Source: an uncultured Candidatus Saccharibacteria bacterium (GTDB lineage: Bacteria > Patescibacteriota > Minisyncoccia > Phycocordibacterales > CSBR16-119). Taken from it: a DNA stretch of 54,623 nt. Shown one piece after another: positions 8,747-17,516 of this stretch. Each line of letters begins with the position of its first letter. Positions within the stretch are counted from its first letter, which is position 1. The translations under genes and the position numbers were made by a program. The stretch covers positions 1 through 54,623 of the forward strand of contig CAYHDV010000004.1 of the NCBI GenBank assembly GCA_964355515.1. The letters run 5' to 3'. Under the pieces are notes generated by a model. That model searched no databases. It saw only the letters and a program-made list of their open reading frames with translations, and was not told the DNA's origin.

Positions 8747-11026
8747 TTATTTAGCGTATTGCTCAGCATCATCGAGCTTAATTGAAAGTATTTTTGAAGA
8801 TTCATCAACCCCCAGAGTCACTCCGTACAAAACATTGGCTCGACTCATGGTTTCTCTGTTGTGTGTTACAACCACAAGCTGTGAGTACCGAGCCAGATTT
8901 TCTATCATGTCGCCATATCTCCTAGAATTTGCTTCGTCCAGTGCAGCATCTGTCTCATCAAGAACCATAAACGGAGGTGGCTTTACTTGTGACATTGCAA
9001 ATAGGAGCGCAATAGAAGTCAGCGATCTCTCCCCACCAGAGAGCATCTGCAAATCCTTAACTTTCTTTTTTGGTAGAGATACATTTATATCAACCCCATG
9101 CTCTACTCTATCTTCAGATTCTTCTTCTATATACTCCCCTTCTTCATTTTTCTTTTTTCGAGATTTTTGGACAATCAAAGAAAGAAATGCATTTCCCCCA
9201 CCAAACATAAGGCTGAAAAATTCTTTGAATTGCTTATTTATTTTGTCTATTCCATCTTTAAATTCAGAATCTAGACGAACCTTCAATTCATGGATAAGCT
9301 CAATCACTTGCGCCATACTTAGTTCTAAATCTTCAAGCTCTTTTAGCAGGAAAGCATCTCTTCCTGTCGTCTCTTCATATTCTTTCATTATTTCTGAAAT
9401 ACCACCTAGAATACCGGACTCTTCAAGTTTGATTTTAATTCGCTCTATATCTTTTCGAGACTTTTCTTGTCTTTCTCTGTCATAGGCATGGATTATATCT
9501 TCTTCCCCAAGCACATATGTTTTGAATTTTTTAATATCAACCCCTACAAGAACTTGACCTTCCCTGAGTTCATCTTCTATCCTATCTGCAAGCCTTGTCA
9601 GTTCTCCAAGAGAAAGTTCTACCATTTGTTTTTTATTCAAAAGATCACGCCTAGCCATCTCTAGATCAAATTTCTTTTTTTCATCAGAAGATCTCTCTTC
9701 TCGGTACTCTTTCATACTAGATTCAAAATGAGAAATTTTTTGTCTCAAAATACTCTCCTCCTTTTCAAAACGAGAAAGCTCATGTGTGACATATTCTTTC
9801 ATTTTGATAAGGTCTCTAAGCTCATCACCATCCACAATATCTTCTTTTTTTTCTTCAGTAGCTTTCTCCGATTCAAAACGAGAAACAAATATAGCCACAT
9901 GATTTTTCATGCGCTCAAGAAATGGAATTATTGTCTGGACCTCTTTTTTCCCAAGAGCTGTGTCAATAAAAATAAGCAACTCATTGGCAAACGAAGACAA
10001 ATCCTTTCGAGACATGGTGATAGACATCGGGCTAGCGACAGCCTCTCGTTTCCCTATCCGCTCCTGAAACTCAATCATCCCCTCTGTCCGACCAAGTTTG
10101 TGGGTCAATTCTTGCTTAGTTTTTTCTATGTCTCGAAGCTCTTGATCAAGTGCAGAAATTTGCTTTTTGTATCTTTCCAATTCTCCAGCATCTTCATGGC
10201 TCAATATGAGACTTTTTTCTCTCTCGAGGACAACTATTTGTTCATCCAAAGATTTCTTTTGTCCTTCTAGAATATTTCTCTCTGTTTCAATGTAATGCTC
10301 TTCTTGTTTAAGAAAAACTTCATACCGAGAAGATAGCTCATCTCGAAGTTCTTTTGCTTCTTCTATTTTTTCAACCTGTTTTTTCAAGAAACGCAGATGG
10401 GGTGCGATTTCTTTTCGAAGAGATTTCACTTCTTTTATATTTAATTCTGTTTTTTCTAATTTTTTTTCACTATCTCTTAGGCGGTACTGATACACCTTGA
10501 GACCCAGTGCATCTTCAATCATCTCCCTTCTTTCTCGTATATTAGAATTTAGAATCCTATCTGCTTGCCCCTGTGAAATAATATGATGCCCAGATGAACC
10601 GATATTCACCGAAGATAGTACCTCAATAATATCCCGAAGCCTGACTTCACTTCCATTTATTTTGTATTTATTTACACCATCAGAAAAAACTTCTCGAGAA
10701 ATACTTATTTCTTCAAAATCTAAGTTGATTGATTCTTTGTTGTCACCTGATAGATTGAAAATCTTTTTTGAATTATCAAAAGTTATTGTTACAGAAGCGC
10801 GTTGTTGTTTTTGGATATGTTTTGAACCCTTGAAAATTAGGTCTGAACCGGCTCTTCCTCGAAGAGATTTGATAGACTGCTCTCCCAGAACAAACCGAAA
10901 AGACTCTACAACGTTTGATTTCCCAGAACCATTTGGCCCTACAATAGACGTTACCGGATGGGTAAAGTCCAATGTGGTTTTTTTTGCAAAAGATTTGAAG
11001 CCAAAGAGCTCCAGGCGTTTTAACAT
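8747..11026 (-). CDS. smc: SMC-family ATPase, short form (759 aa) with no recognisable hinge
   Basis: Walker A GPNGSGKSN, ISQGQADRILN, signature LSGGERSLTSIALLFAM, Walker B FMVLDETDAALD and long heptad-rich arms. Confidence 0.85.
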   Translation of the reverse strand: MLKRLELFGFKSFAKKTTLDFTHPVTSIVGPNGSGKSNVVESFRFVLGEQSIKSLRGRAGSDLIFKGSKHIQKQQRASVTITFDNSKKIFNLSGDNKESINLDFEEISISREVFSDGVNKYKINGSEVRLRDIIEVLSSVNIGSSGHHIISQGQADRILNSNIRERREMIEDALGLKVYQYRLRDSEKKLEKTELNIKEVKSLRKEIAPHLRFLKKQVEKIEEAKELRDELSSRYEVFLKQEEHYIETERNILEGQKKSLDEQIVVLEREKSLILSHEDAGELERYKKQISALDQELRDIEKTKQELTHKLGRTEGMIEFQERIGKREAVASPMSITMSRKDLSSFANELLIFIDTALGKKEVQTIIPFLERMKNHVAIFVSRFESEKATEEKKEDIVDGDELRDLIKMKEYVTHELSRFEKEESILRQKISHFESSMKEYREERSSDEKKKFDLEMARRDLLNKKQMVELSLGELTRLADRIEDELREGQVLVGVDIKKFKTYVLGEEDIIHAYDRERQEKSRKDIERIKIKLEESGILGGISEIMKEYEETTGRDAFLLKELEDLELSMAQVIELIHELKVRLDSEFKDGIDKINKQFKEFFSLMFGGGNAFLSLIVQKSRKKKNEEGEYIEEESEDRVEHGVDINVSLPKKKVKDLQMLSGGERSLTSIALLFAMSQVKPPPFMVLDETDAALDEANSRRYGDMIENLARYSQLVVVTHNRETMSRANVLYGVTLGVDESSKILSIKLDDAEQYAK

Positions 11027-11128
11027 ACGAATATTATAGCAAATAAATATTTTAATCTTGTCTCACAATTCACTAGACAAATTATATATATATGTTATCA
11101 TGCAAATAAATAATATGTACTTCATCTC

Positions 11129-11467
11129 ATGGATAAAAAAATTATAGTAAGACAAGACCGTACAGACTACATTGTCCATATTGATAAAATCTCACACATC
11201 AAAGCGTGTAAAGATTATGTACGGATCTTCACTCCAGAGAGAAGCTACCTACACCAAACAACAATGGATGACATATTGAAGGAACTCTCTAACCATGGTT
11301 TTTCGAGGGTCCACAAGTCTTTTATTGTGAATAAAAACAAGGTGGTACAAATGAGAGGAAATACCGTAAAGGTGGCTTCGGGCGAAGAGATTCTTTCAAT
11401 CAATCTAGGCTTCTTTTACAGGCAAAAATTCAAGGAATCTCTCTTAATTGAAAATGGGATATTCTAA
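11129..11467 (+). CDS. standalone LytTR DNA-binding domain protein (paralog 1)
   Basis: 112 aa with KISHIKACKDYVRIFT and FSRVHKSFIVNKNKV (LytTR signature). No receiver or sensor domain. Confidence 0.8.
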   Translation: MDKKIIVRQDRTDYIVHIDKISHIKACKDYVRIFTPERSYLHQTTMDDILKELSNHGFSRVHKSFIVNKNKVVQMRGNTVKVASGEEILSINLGFFYRQKFKESLLIENGIF

Positions 11468-11499
11468 AAAAAGCCGGACAAGTTTTGTCCGGCTTTTTA
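11468..11499 (+). terminator. terminator after LytTR paralog 1 (identical copy at 11899-11930)
   Basis: AAAAAGCCGGACAAGTTTTGTCCGGCTTTTTA. Confidence 0.85.
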
Positions 11500-11548
11500 T
11501 GTATTTACAAAATAAACATATATGTTATTATGATACAAAAAAGTTATC

Positions 11549-11878
11549 ATGAACATAAGTATAAGCAAGGACAAGGAAACCCTTCATGTGGTCGGGGAAT
11601 CTAAGTTAGAGGTAGACAAGGTGATCTGCATTGAAAGTAACGGTGATTACTGCTATCTTTATACTAAGGATCAGAGAATCACGTTCTACGGAACGCTCAA
11701 AGATGCAGCAAAACAGCTCTCCGAAGTGGGATTCTCAAGGATCCACAGGTCGTTCATTGTGAATAAAAACAAGATACGCCTTGAGACTGCTACTTGTGTC
11801 TTCCTAAAGGAGACACCCTCAAGATTAGAAAAAAAGTATATCCCAATAGGAAGAAGCTATAAAAAGAATCTGGGGTAA
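11549..11878 (+). CDS. standalone LytTR DNA-binding domain protein (paralog 2)
   Basis: 109 aa with VICIESNGDYCYLYT and FSRIHRSFIVNKNKI. Confidence 0.8.
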   Translation: MNISISKDKETLHVVGESKLEVDKVICIESNGDYCYLYTKDQRITFYGTLKDAAKQLSEVGFSRIHRSFIVNKNKIRLETATCVFLKETPSRLEKKYIPIGRSYKKNLG

Positions 11879-11898
11879 CAAGATTCTCAATCGAAAAT

Positions 11899-11930
11899 AA
11901 AAAGCCGGACAAGTTTTGTCCGGCTTTTTA
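11899..11930. terminator. terminator after LytTR paralog 2, shared with convergent rnc
   Basis: The same 32-nt sequence as 11468-11499. Confidence 0.85.
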
Positions 11931-11939
11931 TTTTATATT

Positions 11940-12638
11940 CTATTCCCCACTCCATCCCCGGACCTTCAAAGCTTCTCGTGCCGCATCTTGCTCTGCGTCT
12001 TGCTTTGACTTCCCTTTTCCTTTTGCGATCAATTCTTCCTTGAAATAAATCCCTACACTAAAATTTTTGTCATGGTCGGGACCTGTTTCGTGCAAGACCG
12101 CATACGAAGGGGTCACACCTATCTCTTCTTGAGACTTCTCTTGAACCCAACTCTTTGCATCTCGCCAAAGTCCCTCTTTCACAATATTATCAATCTTTCC
12201 ATAAAGTGTCCCTGCAATAAATTTCTCTGCTTCATCATATCCTTGGTCAAGATATATGGCCCCAATAATTGCCTCAAAAGCATTTGCCAAAATATGTTGT
12301 CTTGCTCTCCCTGCGTCCTTTGCCTCTCCTTTTGAAAGAAGTAGCCAGTCATTTACTTCGAGCGCCTCGGAACTCTCAGCTAGAGAAATAGTATTCACAA
12401 GAGCACTTCTGTAGGCTGTGAGTTCTCCTTCTGGCTTCTTGGGATATTTATCAAACAAGTATCGAGTGATAATCAACTCAAGCACTGCATCGCCAAGAAA
12501 CTCCAACCGCTCATTGTGCCCGGTTAGTATATTGGGATTTTCATTTATGTATGACCTGTGAGTAAAGGCTGTAGTGATAAGCCCCTTGTCAGAAAAAGAT
12601 ACTCCTATCTTTTTCTCAAATAAAGATATTTCTTTCAT
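11940..12638 (-). CDS. rnc: ribonuclease III
   Basis: ERLEFLGDAVL signature and a C-terminal dsRBD (KNFSVGIYFKEELIAKGKGKSKQDAEQDAA). ATG at 12638. Confidence 0.92.
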   Translation of the reverse strand: MKEISLFEKKIGVSFSDKGLITTAFTHRSYINENPNILTGHNERLEFLGDAVLELIITRYLFDKYPKKPEGELTAYRSALVNTISLAESSEALEVNDWLLLSKGEAKDAGRARQHILANAFEAIIGAIYLDQGYDEAEKFIAGTLYGKIDNIVKEGLWRDAKSWVQEKSQEEIGVTPSYAVLHETGPDHDKNFSVGIYFKEELIAKGKGKSKQDAEQDAAREALKVRGWSGE

Positions 12639-12699
12639 TGTTACAAACACAAACACGATTAAGCCATCAAGCTAGTATTTCTTACTCGTGTATGAGTTT

Positions 12700-13590
12700 C
12701 TATTTATTAATAATTTTCTGAATAGATGTAGTAAGAAGCCCTGTCACATCCTCGTACATAGTCAAATCAGCAAGATCTTTTGCAAGAAACCATTTTGCCT
12801 CGTCTAGCCCACCTGTTCCAATTTCAAGCTTTAAGCTTTTATAAGAACTCTTTGCCAAATAAAAAGATACCTGCTTTCGAATCTTACCTTTTTCAGGATG
12901 ATTTGCAATGTATTCTGTTTCTCCTAGAAGCTCTTCAATTACTATATCAAGATTTATCTCTTCTTTGATTTCTCGGACAGCTGCCTCTTCTGGAGATTCA
13001 TTTTCTTCAACACTACCCTTAGATAGAGTCCAATATCCGAACACATCATGAACCAAAGCAAAGTACAAAGAATCTTCATGCCATGCATAGACCACAGCTC
13101 CTGCCTTTTTTTCTATTGGGAGCTTCGTGATGTCCACTTCTTCTTTCTTCTTACCGATATCATCTTTACCAGGTTCGCCAAGCTCCTTGTACACCGCACC
13201 AAGAACTCCATTTACGAATTTCCCGCTATTCTCCCCAGAAAATGTCTTGGCAAGTTCGATAGCTTCGTTGATAGCCACCTTTGGAGGAACTTGCTTTCTA
13301 TCAGAAAACAAAAGTTCCACCAGGCCAATCCGAAGCACATTTCTATCTATAGAATTGATTTTATCAAGTGGCCAATCAGGAGCCGCTTTGGCAATAATAT
13401 CATCAAGAACTTTTTGTTTCTTTAGTACCTGATCTAGGAGCTCATTTATAAAAGTATCGTCAGAAAGCCCCGGAGCAAACTCTTTTATGTTTCTCTCTAC
13501 AGCTTCTGTTGTGTCAATCTTCCCATCATTAAAATCCCACTCAAAGAGTGTTTGCAGAACAATTGATCGTGAAAGGTGCCTATTTGCCAT
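12700..13590 (-). CDS. nusB: NusB antitermination factor fused to a C-terminal Nudix hydrolase domain
   Basis: Residues ~1-140 are NusB-like (RSIVLQTLFEWDF..., INEAIELAKTF, FVNGVLGAV). Residues ~160-296 carry the Nudix box GSVEENESPEEAAVREIKEEINL. Confidence 0.85.
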   Translation of the reverse strand: MANRHLSRSIVLQTLFEWDFNDGKIDTTEAVERNIKEFAPGLSDDTFINELLDQVLKKQKVLDDIIAKAAPDWPLDKINSIDRNVLRIGLVELLFSDRKQVPPKVAINEAIELAKTFSGENSGKFVNGVLGAVYKELGEPGKDDIGKKKEEVDITKLPIEKKAGAVVYAWHEDSLYFALVHDVFGYWTLSKGSVEENESPEEAAVREIKEEINLDIVIEELLGETEYIANHPEKGKIRKQVSFYLAKSSYKSLKLEIGTGGLDEAKWFLAKDLADLTMYEDVTGLLTTSIQKIINK

Positions 13591-13879
13591 AATTTTTAGC
13601 GAAGAGCGGTTGGGAGAACCTTTCTCACATATCGTCTGAGTTAAGGTGAATCAACTCTTGTTGAGAGAGGACACCCTGGGGTGGACGAAATTATATGAGA
13701 TGAGATTCTTACCGAATGCTCTTATAATTTAATGAACGAAGTTAATATAAATTATGAGCATCCTGCGTAGCTTTAGCGAAGCAGGGGGCCATAAGATAAA
13801 GAACATTTTTTTATTATTTATTGATACACAAATATTGTATCAGAGTAAAAAGATAAAACAAAAAACAAGTAGAGGATAA

Positions 13880-14086
13880 CTACTTGTTTTTTGCAATCTT
13901 TTTTTCAGCTTTCTTAGCAACATCAAGAACCTGTCGTCCTCGATATAGACCAGTTTCCAAACTTGCTCTATGTCGCAAGTGAACACCACCTGTTTTTGAA
14001 TCAGTAGTAATAGCATTTGCAGCCACCTTGTGGTGAGAACGCCGGTTCTTGCTATGCGCTGATGTATGTCTCATTCGTATTACCAT
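13880..14086 (-). CDS. rpmF: 50S ribosomal protein L32
   Basis: RMRHTSAHSKNRRSHHKV...GVHLRHRASLETGLYRGRQV is L32-like. An alternative ATG lies at 14074. Confidence 0.85.
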   Translation of the reverse strand: MVIRMRHTSAHSKNRRSHHKVAANAITTDSKTGGVHLRHRASLETGLYRGRQVLDVAKKAEKKIAKNK

Positions 14087-14150
14087 AATTCGTATAAGTT
14101 ACCATATCTGATAAAAATCGGCAAGTGATCTTGGGAGTACCCCACCCACG

Positions 14151-14181
14151 AAAAAAGCCCCACACAAGTGTGGGGCTTTTT
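14151..14181 (-). terminator. rho-independent terminator after the 14204-14932 gene
   Basis: GCCCCACAC / GTGTGGGGC stem. The plus-strand A-run 14151-14156 gives a U-run on the minus strand. Confidence 0.8.
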
Positions 14182-14203
14182 ACCTACTCGAATCGAGCAA
14201 GTT

Positions 14204-14932
14204 TTACTTATTCAGAACAGAGAGTTCCTCTGCATGGGCTGGATGCATTTGTGCATATAGCCCACAGGCCGCTTGGAAAAAATTACGATGTTTACCCGCA
14301 ATAATCCTATCAATAGTACCAACATTCCTCATGCTTGCACTCTTAATGTCTTCCTCAGATGAAGACTCTACTGTTTCTGGACCCTTATAGCCAGTCAACA
14401 GACAAGCAATCTTCTTGTGTGGCCCAGAAGTATGGATCGCACAAATGTAAGCATCCTTGTAATCACCGCAGACCTCACTAGAGAGCTCTCTTCTCAGACA
14501 ATTGTCGTACGAAGCTCGGACAAGAATTTCAAACTCCTCAGACGTGGAATTGATTTCACTGAGGATTATTTCCGTGAATTTAGACCAGACTGTGGCTGAA
14601 TGACGATGATCCAAGCCCTCTATGAAGACCTTGTCCATTTCAAGGAAACCGGCCTCAATCTCCACCTTTTTTCGAAGGGCTGAATACTCTCCATTCATTT
14701 GCTGAATAGCAAGAACCACGTCCTCTGGCTTCATGCACCCACCCGGAAGTCGTTGTTCAACCTTTTGTTGTTCGGGCATATCATAGTCGACAATCATCGC
14801 TCTCAGCTGAGAGTCTTTTCGAACAATACCAATCCCCGCAAGGAAGGCGTTGAAAACTTGTTTTGGGTCTGCTTGAATCAGTCCCTGAAGAGTGCGAACA
14901 CTCCCATCTTGAAGCAATTTTAAAGAGCTCAT
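14204..14932 (-). CDS. hypothetical protein
   Basis: Start at ATG 14932 (MSSLKLLQDG). The longer track ORF adds a hydrophobic leader that runs into the thrS promoter. No family recognised. Confidence 0.6.
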   Translation of the reverse strand: MSSLKLLQDGSVRTLQGLIQADPKQVFNAFLAGIGIVRKDSQLRAMIVDYDMPEQQKVEQRLPGGCMKPEDVVLAIQQMNGEYSALRKKVEIEAGFLEMDKVFIEGLDHRHSATVWSKFTEIILSEINSTSEEFEILVRASYDNCLRRELSSEVCGDYKDAYICAIHTSGPHKKIACLLTGYKGPETVESSSEEDIKSASMRNVGTIDRIIAGKHRNFFQAACGLYAQMHPAHAEELSVLNK

Positions 14933-15003
14933 GGCTTTCTTTTTTAGTTGTTTGTGTACGATCCAGCTTATACTGGTTAAGGTAAAGAATAGCATATATA
15001 GGT

Positions 15004-15009
15004 ATAATT
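15004..15009 (+). promoter_or_regulatory. candidate -10 box (TATAAT) for thrS
   Basis: A perfect TATAAT sits 44 nt upstream of the thrS ATG. The -35 region is weak. Confidence 0.35.
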
Positions 15010-15052
15010 GTCAAGTAATACAAAAACCCAGAAAGATGTTACTATTTCTACT

Positions 15053-16831
15053 ATGAATACAGACAACAATGAGCACTTGGCACATATTCGCCATACTTTA
15101 GCCCACCTTCTGGCTTCGGCTGTTTTGGATAAATACAAAGATGCCAAACTAACCCTTGGGCCAGCAGTAGAAAATGGCTTTTATTATGATATTGATTTTG
15201 CTTTGTCCTCCGAAGCTTCTAACGAAGGAGGAGAGAAGGCAAAAATAAATGATTCAGATCTAAAAGACCTCCAAAAAACAATGAGAAAAAAGCTTGGTTC
15301 TTGGACTGAATTTTCTCACAGAGAAGTGTCCCCTGCCGAGGCGCTTGATATCTATACTGGGAACCCCTACAAAACAGAGCTTATAAAAGAAATTGAATCC
15401 AAGGGAGAAAAAATCACCCTTTACACCGTAGGAGATTTCACAGACCTTTGTCGTGGTGGACATGTTGAAAACCCGGCAAAAGAAATAGATCCAAATTCTT
15501 TTGAACTATCACACATTGCCGGAGCGTACTGGCGTGGAGATGAAAAGAATCCCATGCTTACTCGCATCTATGGACTTGCATTTGAAACCCCAGAAAAACT
15601 ATCTGAGTACAAAGTAATGATGGAAGAAGCAAAGAAAAGAGATCACAGGAAATTGGGGGCCGAATTAAAACTCTTTACCCTTTCCCCTCTTGTTGGGTCA
15701 GGACTACCACTGTTCCAACCCAAAGGAACAATAATCCGAAAAGAACTAGAGAACTATCTCTGGGATCTTCATAAACACCGAGGATACCACCGAGTGTGGA
15801 CACCTCACCTAGCAAAAGAAGATTTATACAATACTTCAGGTCACGGAAAACATTATCTAGATGACATGTTTAGTGTTCACGGTGGGACAAGTAAAGAGGA
15901 TTTCTACTTAAAACCAATGAACTGTCCTCACCATATGCAGATTTTTGCTGACAATCAGTTTTCATATCGAGATATGCCAGTCCGATACTTTGAACCAGCG
16001 ACAGTGTACCGAGACGAGAAGACAGGCCAGCTAGGAGGACTCACACGAGTGCGAGCAATCACCCAAGATGACGGTCATCTATTCTGTCGAGTGTCCCAAA
16101 TAGGAGAAGAGATCAAGACAATAGTTGAGATTATCAAAGAATTCTATACTCGCATGAATATGATCGAGGGCTACCGTGTGCGACTATCCCTTCGAGATGA
16201 CAACAAAGAAAACTATCTAGGAAGCGATGAGGTGTGGAGCGAAGCAGAAGGTGCACTGACAAAGGTCTGCCAGGAGCAAAACCTTCCATATTTTGAAGGA
16301 AAAGGAGAGGCTGCATTCTACGGACCAAAGCTGGACTTCATGTTCAAAGACGCTATTGGAAGAGAACACCAGCTAGCAACAGTGCAGTGCGACTTCAACC
16401 TGCCAGAGCGATTTGACCTTTCATTTGTAAATGAGAAGGGAGAGAAAGAGCGACCAGTGGTGATACATAGAGCAATCTCAGGAAGTCTTGAGAGGTTCAT
16501 GGGGGTTATGATAGAACACTTCGCTGGAGCATTTCCATTTTGGCTATCACCTGTTCAAGTGGTGGTACTCCCAGTCAATGACGATGCCCACGGAGAGTAC
16601 GCAAAAGAAGTCTTCCAAAAACTCCTCTCACTTGATATCCGAGCAGAATATGAAGACGCAGGAGAAAGCCTCGGTAAAAGAATCCGAAACGCAAAGAAGA
16701 GTAAGATTCCATACGCGCTTGTACTCGGTGACAAAGAAAAAGAGTCTAGAACCATCACAGCCGAAGGAAGAGAGGACGAGAAATTGGAAAATATTACGGT
16801 AGAAGAATTCATTACAAAAGCCCAAAAATAA
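15053..16831 (+). CDS. thrS: threonyl-tRNA synthetase lacking the N-terminal TGS domain
   Basis: HIRHTLAHLLA and GPAVENGFYYD (editing/SAD domain), class II core motifs (FYLKPMNCPHH, YRDE, TQDDGH, FYGPKLD) and an anticodon-binding domain. ATG at 15053. Confidence 0.95.
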   Translation: MNTDNNEHLAHIRHTLAHLLASAVLDKYKDAKLTLGPAVENGFYYDIDFALSSEASNEGGEKAKINDSDLKDLQKTMRKKLGSWTEFSHREVSPAEALDIYTGNPYKTELIKEIESKGEKITLYTVGDFTDLCRGGHVENPAKEIDPNSFELSHIAGAYWRGDEKNPMLTRIYGLAFETPEKLSEYKVMMEEAKKRDHRKLGAELKLFTLSPLVGSGLPLFQPKGTIIRKELENYLWDLHKHRGYHRVWTPHLAKEDLYNTSGHGKHYLDDMFSVHGGTSKEDFYLKPMNCPHHMQIFADNQFSYRDMPVRYFEPATVYRDEKTGQLGGLTRVRAITQDDGHLFCRVSQIGEEIKTIVEIIKEFYTRMNMIEGYRVRLSLRDDNKENYLGSDEVWSEAEGALTKVCQEQNLPYFEGKGEAAFYGPKLDFMFKDAIGREHQLATVQCDFNLPERFDLSFVNEKGEKERPVVIHRAISGSLERFMGVMIEHFAGAFPFWLSPVQVVVLPVNDDAHGEYAKEVFQKLLSLDIRAEYEDAGESLGKRIRNAKKSKIPYALVLGDKEKESRTITAEGREDEKLENITVEEFITKAQK

Positions 16832-16868
16832 CTTTTGTAGAATGGGAATACGGTATACTGAATACTGT

Positions 16869-17246
16869 ATGAATACAATAACAAAGTATACTGATCTTCA
16901 CGCTTGGCAATATGCGCACCATTTGGTTTTAGAAATATACAAAATAACTGAATCATTTCCCGACTCAGAAAAATTTGGAATGACGAACCAGATTAGACGA
17001 GCAAGCGTTTCAATAACCTCAAACATTGCAGAAGGTTTTGGTCGCAATTCAATGAATGAAAAACGTCAATTTTACTCAATAGCCAGAGGGTCATTATTCG
17101 AGGTTCATAACCAGTTGCTTATTGCAAAAGATCTTAAATTTATACCAGCGGAAGCGTTCATTGATTTCGATACCAAAATAGAAACCATTTCAAAACTTAT
17201 CTCTGGTATAATCAAAAAGGCACAAAGCCGACCAATTATAAATTAA
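16869..17246 (+). CDS. four-helix-bundle protein (23S rRNA intervening-sequence protein family)
   Basis: AWQYAHHLVLEIYKITESFPDSEKFGMTNQIRRASVSITSNIAEGFGR...RGSLFEVHNQLLIAKDL. ATG at 16869. Confidence 0.85.
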   Translation: MNTITKYTDLHAWQYAHHLVLEIYKITESFPDSEKFGMTNQIRRASVSITSNIAEGFGRNSMNEKRQFYSIARGSLFEVHNQLLIAKDLKFIPAEAFIDFDTKIETISKLISGIIKKAQSRPIIN

Positions 17247-17287
17247 CTCATACAGTATTCAATATTCATATTCTGTATACACTTTCT

Positions 17288-17476
17288 ATGACTCAAAACA
17301 ATCTACACAATTTAATGACCCAAATGACTCAAGAACAAAAGTCACTCTGGCGAATTGAGAAGCATTATATAAATGAAGCAGGCTCTGATGAAGAAAAAGC
17401 CTTGTGGGAAGCGATGCGAGAAGACAAAAAGAAACATATCGAAGATTTCAAAGCTCTCATAAAAGCAAACATCTAA
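17288..17476 (+). CDS. hypothetical small protein
   Basis: 62-aa charged helical ORF followed by a terminator-like hairpin. Confidence 0.45.
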   Translation: MTQNNLHNLMTQMTQEQKSLWRIEKHYINEAGSDEEKALWEAMREDKKKHIEDFKALIKANI

Positions 17477-17483
17477 GGAACCA

Positions 17484-17506
17484 AAAAGCCCCGAACGGGT
17501 CTTTTT
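17484..17506. terminator. weak bidirectional terminator
   Basis: AAAAAGCCCCGAACGGGTCTTTTTT: a short imperfect stem flanked by A and T runs, between convergent genes. Confidence 0.45.
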
Positions 17507-17516
17507 TGTAAGATTG

